A stretch of 64,000 nt of DNA from an uncultured Staphylococcaceae bacterium. Its GTDB lineage: Bacteria; Bacillota_I; Bacilli_A; RFN20; CAG-826. The position numbers were made by a program, and so were the translations under genes. The stretch lies in the NCBI GenBank assembly GCA_964410505.1, contig CAYPGR010000003.1, positions 31,809 to 95,808 on the forward strand, read 5' to 3'. Below the pieces are notes generated by a model. That model saw nothing but the letters and a program-made list of their open reading frames with translations. It had not been told where the DNA came from and ran no database searches. Below, piece by piece: positions 9,965 to 20,013 of the stretch; position 1 is the first letter of the stretch; the number at the start of each line of letters is the position of its first letter.

Positions 9965-12900
9965 ATGAAAAAAGGATATCGTAATTTCTTTACCCTCCTA
10001 ATCATTGGGTTAATTGGTTTGGGCGTCCCCCGTTGGACGAAGGATCAATCCATTATCGATACAAAGGCCGCTGAAACAACGACCGTTTACTTTCGGGCGA
10101 ATGAAAACTGGCGTTTAGACAATGCCCGTTTTGCAGCTTGGATTTGGCTTAACGGTGGGATCGACGGGACTTGGGTCAATTTAACCCCCACTCCGGCTGA
10201 AACTGAGATCTATCAAGTAGCGATCCCTAATGTGGGCTATGACCGCATTATCTTTGCGCGCATGAATCGTGCAATCCCAACCAATAGTTGGACCTGGGGC
10301 AAAGATGATGGTCCCCTTTGGAATCAATCCGAAGATATCACGCTTGACTTTACAAGTGGTGACAACATGTACTCGATGTTTGAAGAACGATGGGGCCTTG
10401 ATGGTGACGGCAATAATTATGGACAAGTGATTGGTTATTGGACAAAATATGTGCCAATTATTATTGAACCGCCTTCATCAAGTGAAGAAACGTCTGAATC
10501 CTCGGAAACGCCAGCGATTGAAGCATCAATATACACCATTCATTATTGGCGGAATGACCTCAAGCAAGCCAATTACGACTTATGGCTCTGGAGTGATGGT
10601 CAAGCCGGTCAAGCTTACTCCTTTACGAGTAGTGATGATTATGGTCGTGTCTTCCAAATTGCCTCCACCAACTTTAAAAATCCGCCCTACCTCTATTTGA
10701 TTGTTCGTTTTGGAGACTGGGTCCAACAAACACCAGACATTAAAATTGATGTGCGCGATTATCCAATCGTTGAAGATGGTAGCGGCATCAAACGTCGCCA
10801 CTTCTATTTAGTCGATATGGAAACAACCATCTATAAAAGTGCGGAAGAAGCAAAAGGCGAAAAACTTTTAAGTGCCCGCTTTACAAATACGAGTGAACTG
10901 AGTGTTGAAACGTATAAAGAGCCTTTATCCTACCGCGTCCTTCGTGATGAACTCCCAATCACCAATGGCACTGCCGTCACCACTTATCATCCAAGTGCTT
11001 ATCGGTGGTCGTTTAAAATCAACACCGGAGAAATTGTTGATTTAGTCAAGGATTACGAAGTTGAAGTAACCTTTAAAGCAACCGAAGTTATTAAAATCAA
11101 AACAGCAACCTTTGACGGCCTCTTTGATACGAGTTTCTTTATTGATAATTACACCTATAGTGGCAGTGACCTCGGGGTCACCTACACCTCAAGTGCGACC
11201 ACCATTAAAGCGTGGGCACCAACAACAAAAGACCTTAAACTAAGAATATATAATAATGGAACCCCAAAACGGGTCAGTAGTGCGCTCGGCAATGACGAGT
11301 ATACTGAACACGCCTTTATACGTGGTGACAAAGGGGTTTGGTCAGTAACTTTAAACGGCGACTACCACGGCAAATACTACACATTCTTTGCCACGAATAG
11401 TAGCGGTAGTGATGAATTCGCCGATCCATACGCCAAAGCCAGTGGTGTCAATGGTATTCGCGGCATGATTGTTGATTTTTCTAAAACAAACCCAACAGGT
11501 TGGGATAATGTCGTCCTCTCCACCAAAAAAGCCACCGAAATTGTTCCTTATGAACTTCATGTGAGCGACTTAACCGCTGATGATACATGGAACGGAACTG
11601 AATCGAACCGTTATAAGTTCTTAGGCTTAATTGAAAGTGGCACGACTTATACCGAAGACGAAAAAATGGTCAGAACCGGTTTTGATCATATTAAAGAACT
11701 TGGCATTAATGCCCTGCAAATACTCCCCTTCTATGATCAAGAAAATGACGAGACCAATATGGAATTTAACTGGGGTTATAACCCTAAAAACTATAATGTC
11801 CTTGAAGGGGGTTATAGTAGTGATCCGTATAACGGTCTCGCCAGAATTAATGAATTCAAGCAAGTCGTTCAAGCGTACGCTAAATATGACATTCGTATCA
11901 TTATGGACGTAGTCTATAATCACGTCGCCAGTATTAGTCAGCATAGTTTCTCAAAACTAAATCCTGGTTACTACTTCCGTTATAGCGGTGAATCTCCTAG
12001 TAACGCCAGTGGGGTTGGTAATGACACCGCATCCGAACGGATCATGTTTGAACGCTATATGGTTGATTCAACGTACTTCTGGGCCACTGAATATAAGCTC
12101 GGCGGCTTCCGGTTTGACTTAATGGGTCTTCATACCGTCGATGCGATGAATGCCGTTAAGACAAAACTTAATACGTATCGAAGTGACATTGTCGTCTATG
12201 GTGAACCCTGGGATATGGATGGCACCGTGATGAGTGTCCGTAAAGACTTAGCTAAGCACGCAAACTTATATAAAACCCCTGGTGTTGGCGGCTTTAACGA
12301 TCAAATACGCGACGCCATTAAAGGTGATTCAAGCGGCTCAGGTCGCGGTTGGGTCCAACTTGGGGCCTCGCAAATTGATCCCAACATGCTCGGTAAAATT
12401 AAAGACGGGATGATGGGGAAAGTGACCGGCGGAACCACCGATCCAAATCAAGTTGTAAACTATATCTCAGTCCATGATAACTACGCCATCTTTGATAAAC
12501 TTCAAGTCGCCGGAAGACCAGATTATGATATCGCACGGATCAAACTCCAAAGTGTCCAAGCCGAAGCGATGTCGCTTTTATCACAAGGGATGGGCTTTAT
12601 CCACGCCGGCAGTGAAATCATGCGCTCTAAGCCCCTTAGTCCTGGATTCTTTGATCATAACTCCTATAAATCACCTTACAGTGTCAACTCGATTAAATGG
12701 GATGAAAAATGGGATAACCTCGTCTACCATAACTATTACCGGCAAATGATTGCCCTTAAAACAAAAGCGGGCGCCTTTAACCAAAACAGTCGGACCACAC
12801 TTGATAATGGTGGAGCCGGCGTTGAAACAAAAGCCAATAACCTCATCAAATTAACCTACACTTTAAATAATGATGTCTACACGATTTATCACTTCGGTAT

Positions 12901-13369
12901 TGGTACACGGGCTGATATCACTGACGTGGGCGGTCAAGAAGTCGTCCTTGATACGAGCGGTGTTCTTAAAACCGGAGCCATTGCCCCAAATAGTTTCCGG
13001 ATTAATTCAAACACCACGCTCGTGACCCGTAACGTCCGCGATCGCGGTGCAATTGATCCAACAATCGTCACTGATATTCCTTATCTTGATGGTACCGATC
13101 CAATTGATCCAGGTGACTCTTCTTCTTCAATGCCGACTACAACGTCTTTACCTGATAATCCAACAAGTGGCGATAGTGGCAGTACAAGTGGAAACACGAG
13201 TGATGTCCCACCAAGTAGTGGTAGCAACAGTGAGCCAGGAACGAGTGAACCAGGGAATGACCAACCACTTAGCACACCCGTTATTATTACAGCCTCAGTG
13301 GTTGGGGCCGGTTCAATCGGCGGTATTGTCTACTTGATTGTCAAATTACTCGGCAAAAAACGTCTATAA
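9965..13369 (+). CDS. type I pullulanase / GH13 debranching enzyme, membrane-anchored by a C-terminal TM segment
   Basis: GH13 conserved regions: VVYNHVA (I), GFRFDLMGLH (II), YGEPWD (III), YISVHDN (IV). N-terminal signal peptide. S/T/P-rich linker, then a hydrophobic anchor and a KKRL tail. Confidence 0.85.
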   Translation: MKKGYRNFFTLLIIGLIGLGVPRWTKDQSIIDTKAAETTTVYFRANENWRLDNARFAAWIWLNGGIDGTWVNLTPTPAETEIYQVAIPNVGYDRIIFARMNRAIPTNSWTWGKDDGPLWNQSEDITLDFTSGDNMYSMFEERWGLDGDGNNYGQVIGYWTKYVPIIIEPPSSSEETSESSETPAIEASIYTIHYWRNDLKQANYDLWLWSDGQAGQAYSFTSSDDYGRVFQIASTNFKNPPYLYLIVRFGDWVQQTPDIKIDVRDYPIVEDGSGIKRRHFYLVDMETTIYKSAEEAKGEKLLSARFTNTSELSVETYKEPLSYRVLRDELPITNGTAVTTYHPSAYRWSFKINTGEIVDLVKDYEVEVTFKATEVIKIKTATFDGLFDTSFFIDNYTYSGSDLGVTYTSSATTIKAWAPTTKDLKLRIYNNGTPKRVSSALGNDEYTEHAFIRGDKGVWSVTLNGDYHGKYYTFFATNSSGSDEFADPYAKASGVNGIRGMIVDFSKTNPTGWDNVVLSTKKATEIVPYELHVSDLTADDTWNGTESNRYKFLGLIESGTTYTEDEKMVRTGFDHIKELGINALQILPFYDQENDETNMEFNWGYNPKNYNVLEGGYSSDPYNGLARINEFKQVVQAYAKYDIRIIMDVVYNHVASISQHSFSKLNPGYYFRYSGESPSNASGVGNDTASERIMFERYMVDSTYFWATEYKLGGFRFDLMGLHTVDAMNAVKTKLNTYRSDIVVYGEPWDMDGTVMSVRKDLAKHANLYKTPGVGGFNDQIRDAIKGDSSGSGRGWVQLGASQIDPNMLGKIKDGMMGKVTGGTTDPNQVVNYISVHDNYAIFDKLQVAGRPDYDIARIKLQSVQAEAMSLLSQGMGFIHAGSEIMRSKPLSPGFFDHNSYKSPYSVNSIKWDEKWDNLVYHNYYRQMIALKTKAGAFNQNSRTTLDNGGAGVETKANNLIKLTYTLNNDVYTIYHFGIGTRADITDVGGQEVVLDTSGVLKTGAIAPNSFRINSNTTLVTRNVRDRGAIDPTIVTDIPYLDGTDPIDPGDSSSSMPTTTSLPDNPTSGDSGSTSGNTSDVPPSSGSNSEPGTSEPGNDQPLSTPVIITASVVGAGSIGGIVYLIVKLLGKKRL

Positions 13370-13385
13370 CGAATCGATCAGAAAA

Positions 13386-13407
13386 AAGAAGAGGGTGACC
13401 TCTTCTT
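13386..13407. terminator. hairpin terminator between convergent genes
   Basis: AAGAAGAGG-gtga-CCTCTTCTT, with a T-run on the minus-strand side. Confidence 0.55.
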
Positions 13408-13427
13408 ATACTTTGTAAAAAGTAATC

Positions 13428-15272
13428 TTAACTTAAATGCGTCGTAACGGCATTCTTCATACTATTAATAAAGTTTGTCATGAATGTCGTGTTATTAAAG
13501 GGCGAGACATAATATGCAGGATTATCTTTATCGGCAGGGCGGTCAAGGTCGCTTCCGCTTTTAGTATTGTAAGTCGCCTTATAGGTGTTAAAGAGGTTAT
13601 TGAAGGTGGTGTTCGTATAGAAAGAATCATTATTAAGGGACAGAATATAACTGACGTATTGATCACGGTAGGCTTGATTCATCGTAATATTATGATACGG
13701 GCGTTCATTATTATTTGAGGTAAGAATCGTGTACCAGAAGAGTCGATTTTCTTGCCATCCACTTGTATCCATGAGGTAACGGGTTTCAAATGGTGAGGCG
13801 CCAAACATCCGTGTGTTGCCTGCGTCCCATGTTAAGCCTAATCCCCAGTCATAGTCGTAGGGAATAAAGTAGGCTTTATTATTTTGACTTGGATTAAAGA
13901 AAATATAATAGTTATTGCCCCAGTTACGCATATCATCAATATTACCCATTAAGTAAGAGACAGCGGCATACTTTAAGAAACTATTGATATCAATGACAGC
14001 TTCAAGCGCTGGTGCGAATTCGCCAACTGACTTTCCTTCGTTATCTTTTAAGACTTTCATCAAATTGATCAGTTTCGCAAATGGATTGGCGGCAGTGTCG
14101 TCATATTCTTTCGCGTCATACGCTGGTGTATAACCGCGGAATTTATCTTCTTCGCCGATGACGGCATCGGCGATAAGTTGATCGTCATTCCACCTTAAAT
14201 CTTCATAACGGAGGCTACCTTTTACATCTTGTTCACTTGGCGATGGTTTACCCCAACCCACTTTATAAAGTTCGCCCGCCGCGGCGGCTTTCGGGAAATA
14301 ACGACGTAATAAATGTTTATCAACCGGTTCATTAATCGTCACGAGGCCAAGGCGGGTTCCATTGACATTTAAGGTTGTTAAGGTTGAGTTTTGACTAATA
14401 AGACCATGCTTTTGGAAGAAACTAAAGATGAATGGTTGAATGACTAAAGAGTCATCGCGCGACTTATTCCATTTAATGTCAATCTTTTTAAGGCCAAGTT
14501 TGCCAGATTCGTCACCCATAAAGGTTCGATCATCGCGCACTTTCCATTCTGGGTTAGCGGCTTTTGTCCATGTCTTCTTTAAATTATATGGGATGTATTC
14601 ATCGGTATCCCAAAGTTCATTAAATGATAGTTTAAAGTTCAAGGAATTATAAAAATTGCCGTCATTATCAATAAAATCTTGCCGGGATGTATTACCCTTC
14701 ATCCGCATCCCAACTTCATAATAGACAAATCGTTTTTGATTCATCACGACTTCAAGGGTCACTGGCCAATATAAATCAGCAAGGTTTTGTTCATGAACCC
14801 CATATTGTTCAATCCATTGGAAGATTTGTTTAGACGCTACAATTTTCAAGGCTAAATCCGTTTCCGGATGCCAAAATTCTAAGTACGCATTCGTTGGTTG
14901 AACTTGCGCATCAAGTGGATACGTAAACCCGTTCGGGAATGGCTTCACAGTATAGTCACCCGCAGTGTAGGTGATGAGCGGATCACTGACAATGTCCGTC
15001 GCAAAGGTCGCAATATTGGCCGGGGCGATATCTTCACTTCCGGGTTCACTTGTGGTTGAGATAATGGATGTTTCTTCGGTCCCACTAATAATGGAATCAA
15101 AGATACTCGTTACATCTTCTGAAATGACCTCAGGTTCGGTTACTGATTCACTAGCCGAACCTTCGGAAACTTGTGATGTTGTGTTAGGTTGACTAAGTAA
15201 GTCTTCAAGAGTTGCACATCCCGATAGGATTAAAGCAAAGGCAAGAAGACCCACACTTTTTCTAAATCGCAT
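13428..15272 (-). CDS. CotH-family (CotH kinase-like) secreted lipoprotein
   Basis: Lipoprotein signal MRFRKSVGLLAFALILSGC. The C-terminal half matches the CotH pattern: ELYKVGWG ... FLKYAAVSYLMGNIDD ... NNYYIFFNP ... FIPYDYDWGLG. Confidence 0.5.
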   Translation of the reverse strand: MRFRKSVGLLAFALILSGCATLEDLLSQPNTTSQVSEGSASESVTEPEVISEDVTSIFDSIISGTEETSIISTTSEPGSEDIAPANIATFATDIVSDPLITYTAGDYTVKPFPNGFTYPLDAQVQPTNAYLEFWHPETDLALKIVASKQIFQWIEQYGVHEQNLADLYWPVTLEVVMNQKRFVYYEVGMRMKGNTSRQDFIDNDGNFYNSLNFKLSFNELWDTDEYIPYNLKKTWTKAANPEWKVRDDRTFMGDESGKLGLKKIDIKWNKSRDDSLVIQPFIFSFFQKHGLISQNSTLTTLNVNGTRLGLVTINEPVDKHLLRRYFPKAAAAGELYKVGWGKPSPSEQDVKGSLRYEDLRWNDDQLIADAVIGEEDKFRGYTPAYDAKEYDDTAANPFAKLINLMKVLKDNEGKSVGEFAPALEAVIDINSFLKYAAVSYLMGNIDDMRNWGNNYYIFFNPSQNNKAYFIPYDYDWGLGLTWDAGNTRMFGASPFETRYLMDTSGWQENRLFWYTILTSNNNERPYHNITMNQAYRDQYVSYILSLNNDSFYTNTTFNNLFNTYKATYNTKSGSDLDRPADKDNPAYYVSPFNNTTFMTNFINSMKNAVTTHLS

Positions 15273-15336
15273 TAAAAATCCTCCAATCTTAATTACATTT
15301 TCATTATAACGCATATCAATAACACGTGAAGGAATT

Positions 15337-15364
15337 ATGAAAAGGGGACATTTTAATGTCCCCC
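15337..15364 (-). terminator. rho-independent terminator of the 15382–16959 gene
   Basis: GGGGACAT-ttta-ATGTCCCC, followed by a T-run on the minus strand. Confidence 0.7.
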
Positions 15365-15381
15365 TACATCATTAATCGATC

Positions 15382-16959
15382 TTAGGCATTCTTTTTTCTT
15401 AGTTTAAGGAAGGCAAGCGCGCCAAATGCGAATAAAGAAATGACTACCAATAGGCTGACATTCGTGCTCGTTTTTTGAATCATTCGATAAGGGCTAATCG
15501 ATTCACCACTTGGTAAGGTTGCTGACTTTTGAGCCATTAAGTTGTACTTTGCAAGCGCATCCGTATTTGCTGCTACTTCGCGCACGCCAGTACTATAGGC
15601 ACCAATCGATTCATAGTCTTTAATCATGACCCCAGCAAGGAGTCCTTCCATGTTCCATACACCACTCACACGTGGTAAGAAGTTTTCGTCTAACATTGCA
15701 AACGCCCCATAACCATTTTCAGCATTCGCATCACAAGTTAGATATCCTTCTAATACGCTAGCGAAGAAGGTATTATAAATTCGATCTGTGATGGCGCCTT
15801 TGGTAAAGATCCATTCACTTGCGACATAATCGACTTTCCATAGTTTATTATTATCACCTGCAACATAAGGAACGCCAGGAATTTCTAAATCAACTTTAAG
15901 GAATGAATTAACGATAGAAAAACCAACATTGCCGGTTAAAACTGATTTTGACATATCGTAAAAGGCATAGAAACGATCAACACTTGCAATCGTTACTGCT
16001 TTAATAAACCCGGTTGGTTGGTAAAGTGTTGTGCCAACTTTTAAGGCCCAAGTAAATCCTTCTTCATAATGCCCGGAACGATCAAGCCAAATCCGAACTT
16101 TATTAATATCAATCCCCTCAGCGGTAGGAGTTAAGGTGACAGAATCACGTTCCGTAAAAGTTTTCCATGATGAATCGGCACTATCATAGAGCACTTTCCC
16201 ATGAACTTGAGTAAGATTCCCTGTTTGTGCAACCTTATTTGGCCAATCTGGTAGGTCATCAACCCAAGCAGGCGTCTCATTTAAGCTAGCAAAAATTACG
16301 CGGTCAAAATTAACGCCGACTAAATTTGGAACTAACACCTTATATATGTCTGTATCAACTTCATCCATTACAGTCCATTGTGGGTCTGATCCTGGCGAAA
16401 CATAAAAGTATGCCCCCATTTTAGTGGCGCCAATCTTAAATGCACTAGTTGCCCTAAAATAGACAGCTGAACCGGCGACAAATGAAGGGGGTAAAGGGTG
16501 ATCATTTGGATCATAAGTTCCCCAATTACCAGTAGCGTCATTCCATTCTCCTTCTTTTAATGTAAATAGCGGAGAATCATTTTCATAAGTCAAATTTACC
16601 GTTTGATCATATTTATTATCCCAATTATTTACAGTCGTTGCGGGATTCATTCTCGCAAAGATAAGATTTTGGTATTCAGTAACAGGTGATATTACCTTAT
16701 ATATATCAAGGACATCCGGTTCCGAAACCAAATCTTTCCACTCGTTTCCCCCGCCATCAGTAAAGAAATAAACGGCAAATCGGGATCCTCCAGTTAACCA
16801 GTTTGCATTTGGTTTAAAGTATATTGTGCTACCAGCGGGAATAGCCGCAGCTTGCGTGGTTGTTACACTATTTTGCTTTAAAGAACTGCCAAAACCAAAG
16901 GCTAAGGCAATGGTAGCAAAAAATAGAAGAAAACGATTATTCACCTTTTTTGGTCTCAT
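15382..16959 (-). CDS. cell-surface protein with two starch-binding-like (CBM25/26-type) modules and a C-terminal membrane anchor
   Basis: Signal peptide. Two repeats homologous to the pullulanase N-terminal module (YFKPNANW...IFARMN and VYFRATSAF...VIFASLN). C-terminal hydrophobic segment plus a KLRKKNA tail. Confidence 0.55.
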   Translation of the reverse strand: MRPKKVNNRFLLFFATIALAFGFGSSLKQNSVTTTQAAAIPAGSTIYFKPNANWLTGGSRFAVYFFTDGGGNEWKDLVSEPDVLDIYKVISPVTEYQNLIFARMNPATTVNNWDNKYDQTVNLTYENDSPLFTLKEGEWNDATGNWGTYDPNDHPLPPSFVAGSAVYFRATSAFKIGATKMGAYFYVSPGSDPQWTVMDEVDTDIYKVLVPNLVGVNFDRVIFASLNETPAWVDDLPDWPNKVAQTGNLTQVHGKVLYDSADSSWKTFTERDSVTLTPTAEGIDINKVRIWLDRSGHYEEGFTWALKVGTTLYQPTGFIKAVTIASVDRFYAFYDMSKSVLTGNVGFSIVNSFLKVDLEIPGVPYVAGDNNKLWKVDYVASEWIFTKGAITDRIYNTFFASVLEGYLTCDANAENGYGAFAMLDENFLPRVSGVWNMEGLLAGVMIKDYESIGAYSTGVREVAANTDALAKYNLMAQKSATLPSGESISPYRMIQKTSTNVSLLVVISLFAFGALAFLKLRKKNA

Positions 16960-17114
16960 AAAACTCCTCCGTTTTATATAAAAAATAATTAACTTACTTT
17001 AATTTTTGCGGAAATACGCCGTTTTGTCAATGAAATAAGGTGTTTTATGACTTTAAAAAGCGTGAAAAGATAGAATTCTTAAGATGTATCGATTATTTAT
17101 CAGCTCAAGGAAGT

Positions 17115-19856
17115 TTATGTCTTCGTTACTAAAATACTCCAAGCCGGTAATGTATTGCTAGTTGCCCCTTCAATACTTAAAACGACACTACCACTTAAAT
17201 TAAGACTATTAACCGCATCATTGCGGAGATTAATATAAATCTTAAAAGTGTCATTACCTAATGTTCTTTGGAAAGCAAAGACCGTATTTGAATAATTGTA
17301 TTCACTTAATGGAACCGGTGCGTAACTTCCCGTCTTGAGTGCTTGGTTTGCTTTCTTAAGGGCTGTAATCTTTTTCATTCGCCCAAGCATTGAGGCCTCA
17401 CTTGTTTGTTCAAGAACACCGTCAAGGGTCGTGTTATAGTCGTCCCAACCAACATCATAGGTCTGACCACCAGTAAATGAATAGTTGGTCGTCCGTGCAT
17501 CCGTGCCATTTTTATCCCATTTCATTGGTTGCCGGAAAATGCGGTCAATATTAGGGGTTGCTAAAGTTGTTTCTGTTGGTAAGTTACTGGAAAGTCCTAG
17601 CTCATCCCCGTAATAAATCCATGAGAGACCCGGTAAAAGCATGATCCCCGCCATATAGGCAATCGCCTGTTTTTCAATGAGTGTTTTAGCGGCCGTTGTC
17701 ACAATACCCGGTTTAATAATGTTACCGGCTTCATCAAGATAGCCAATTGCTTGGTTAATAGCACGGGTGACATCATGATTACTCGTAAAATTATTATCAA
17801 TCGCTTCGCCACTTTGGACACTCCCTGCGCTTCGGTAACGGTTATAAGCTTTAAAGGTATCATTATAGTTCCATTTCCCACCATAAGCTAGCCCTGCTTC
17901 ACTAAAGGTATCCCCGCCACTATTCGCGCCACTGACAGTCGCCGCTTTATTATATGAATAGAAAGCAGGTTGGCCACCCATCGAGGTGGCTTGGCTTAAG
18001 TTATAGTACATATAGAAGTTGAGCATCCCGTCAAGGCCTTCATAGTAAGGCGCGACGTGATAAGCATGACCATCAAAGTTTTCGCCCAGAATAAAAATAT
18101 CGGGATTCATCGCTTTAAGTCGGGCGTTTAATTCTTTAAATAAATGTAAGTTCTTGGTTAGGTTACTGGAATAATCTTGTTTTGAGACCGCATCATAGTC
18201 AGTAATGATCTTGTCTCCTCCGACTTGTGTCACTTCTTCCTTCATGTAGGCATGCTTGACGGCGTCGATGCGGAATCCGCGTACACCAAGGGTGACCCAG
18301 TGCCCCATAATATCGACAATCTTATCGCGGGTCTTTTGATAATCAAAATTGAGTTCAGGCATGCTACTTGCGAATTTACCGTAGTAATAATAATTATAAT
18401 TTGAATATTGGTACCAATTATTATTTTCTTTCGTGTTCCGCCAATGATAATAAGCCCGGTATTCAGGATTTAAACTGAGACTTTCTTGGAAGAGTAAATT
18501 ATTGATTGATGTATGGTTAATGACTAAATCCATGACCACACTCATGCCAAGCGTATCGGCCGCACTAATGAGTTCAACATAGTCTTGGTTAGCCGAAGCA
18601 ATTGTGACTTCACCGTCTTCAGCATAAGGACTCGTTCGGCTGCCAAACTTTGGATCAATATTATAATAATCAATCGTGTCATAACCGTGATAAGAATCAC
18701 TCAATTGAACGGGCGTCAACCATAAGGCTTCAACATGAAGACTTGCGAGGTAAGGTAAGCTCAACGTAATCCCGCGAATATCCCCAAAGCCATCACCGTC
18801 ACTATCCGCAAACGAACCGACCATGATTTGGTAACCAACCCCTTTTTGTTTCATTAAAGGTGAGGTCGGACTAATCGGACGGGGATTTTGGCTACTATTC
18901 ACATTGTTATAGTTACTTGAAATACTATTGCCATCATCAGCGGCATATGGATTATCATAGACTTCCCCACCATAGCGATAGGTGAAGTTACGAACATTTT
19001 CTTGCACAACAAAGACATGTAACGAACCGTTAAGGGCATATTCTTGTGCATCGGCGGTCGAAATAAACTTATCCCCGCCGTCACTCGTCCAATGGCCCCC
19101 AGACGTGCGACTACTCTTGTAGGTAATTAAAAATCCAATCCGCGGTACAACGACTTCATCAACACTGAAGTTAACCGGTTCACTTGTTTTACCGCCCGCT
19201 CCGTCATGGCCGCCATCGGTGTAAACATAGTTGAGGTTAATCTCAACCACGGCCCCACCAAAATCATCTTTATAGATGGTGCTGCCTTCTTGGTTAAAAT
19301 CAAAAATCCGTCCCGTTTTATTTGCCGGCCACACCCAAATGTCCCAGTTTGCATATTCAGATGGGGTATTATTAAAGCGTAAATAATGAATATATAAATG
19401 CCCCGGTTTACTGGTTAAGGCGAGGTGATTATTATACTCCGCCACCGCATCAAGGCCAAGTCCTTGCCATTTGGCGTACAAGACGACATCTCGTTCAGGC
19501 ATCGTATTAAACACAAATGGTTCAGTCCAATTGATTTTATCTTCATACCAGTCAATAAAGTTATAACCTTGGCGAACAGGGTTAAGTGGTTTCGTAATAA
19601 TGGCCCCTGCTTCGGCTTTTATACTACTGACTGAAGTCCCACCCTCACTATAAAAAACAATCGTGTATTTTGTGACGACACTTACACTTGTGACAGACGA
19701 ACTGTTTTCACTCGTCACCGTGTCACTCGTTGGGTTTTCACTTTCATTCGTATTAGGTGTTGAAATAGACGGATCACTGCTTGACGGGATCCTTGTACAG
19801 CCAACCAGCATCATGAGGGTCATTAATCCCAAATATAAGCGTTTTGCGTTTTGCAT
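17115..19856 (-). CDS. GH13 alpha-amylase-family lipoprotein with an N-terminal Listeria/Bacteroides-type repeat domain
   Basis: Lipobox LVGCTR. GH13 regions VVMDLVINHTS, GVRGFRIDAVKH, FILGENFD and FTSNHDVTR. Confidence 0.85.
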   Translation of the reverse strand: MQNAKRLYLGLMTLMMLVGCTRIPSSSDPSISTPNTNESENPTSDTVTSENSSSVTSVSVVTKYTIVFYSEGGTSVSSIKAEAGAIITKPLNPVRQGYNFIDWYEDKINWTEPFVFNTMPERDVVLYAKWQGLGLDAVAEYNNHLALTSKPGHLYIHYLRFNNTPSEYANWDIWVWPANKTGRIFDFNQEGSTIYKDDFGGAVVEINLNYVYTDGGHDGAGGKTSEPVNFSVDEVVVPRIGFLITYKSSRTSGGHWTSDGGDKFISTADAQEYALNGSLHVFVVQENVRNFTYRYGGEVYDNPYAADDGNSISSNYNNVNSSQNPRPISPTSPLMKQKGVGYQIMVGSFADSDGDGFGDIRGITLSLPYLASLHVEALWLTPVQLSDSYHGYDTIDYYNIDPKFGSRTSPYAEDGEVTIASANQDYVELISAADTLGMSVVMDLVINHTSINNLLFQESLSLNPEYRAYYHWRNTKENNNWYQYSNYNYYYYGKFASSMPELNFDYQKTRDKIVDIMGHWVTLGVRGFRIDAVKHAYMKEEVTQVGGDKIITDYDAVSKQDYSSNLTKNLHLFKELNARLKAMNPDIFILGENFDGHAYHVAPYYEGLDGMLNFYMYYNLSQATSMGGQPAFYSYNKAATVSGANSGGDTFSEAGLAYGGKWNYNDTFKAYNRYRSAGSVQSGEAIDNNFTSNHDVTRAINQAIGYLDEAGNIIKPGIVTTAAKTLIEKQAIAYMAGIMLLPGLSWIYYGDELGLSSNLPTETTLATPNIDRIFRQPMKWDKNGTDARTTNYSFTGGQTYDVGWDDYNTTLDGVLEQTSEASMLGRMKKITALKKANQALKTGSYAPVPLSEYNYSNTVFAFQRTLGNDTFKIYINLRNDAVNSLNLSGSVVLSIEGATSNTLPAWSILVTKT

Positions 19857-20013
19857 AACTTGTCTCCTTATTCGGATGGGAGGGGCTTTATTAAAACCGC
19901 TTTACTGTTAACATTTTAACAACTCGGTGCACGATTTACAATGTGCGCGTGTTAGGGACCTGAGTGAATTTCCTCATTTTTGAATGAAGGGTGTTCCTTT
20001 GCTATAATCTAAA

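Noticed and set aside
13100-13260. Ser/Thr/Pro-rich low-complexity DNA at the pullulanase C-terminus, with similar stretches at 2500–2620 and 25560–25700
   Set aside because: These are linker regions of secreted proteins, not tandem DNA repeats or contingency loci. No exact repeat unit is discernible.
15382-15520. LPSGE near the C-terminus of the two-CBM surface protein, considered as a possible sortase LPXTG signal
   Set aside because: The motif is not LPXTG, and about 20 residues separate it from the hydrophobic segment. It is more consistent with a simple C-terminal TM anchor.
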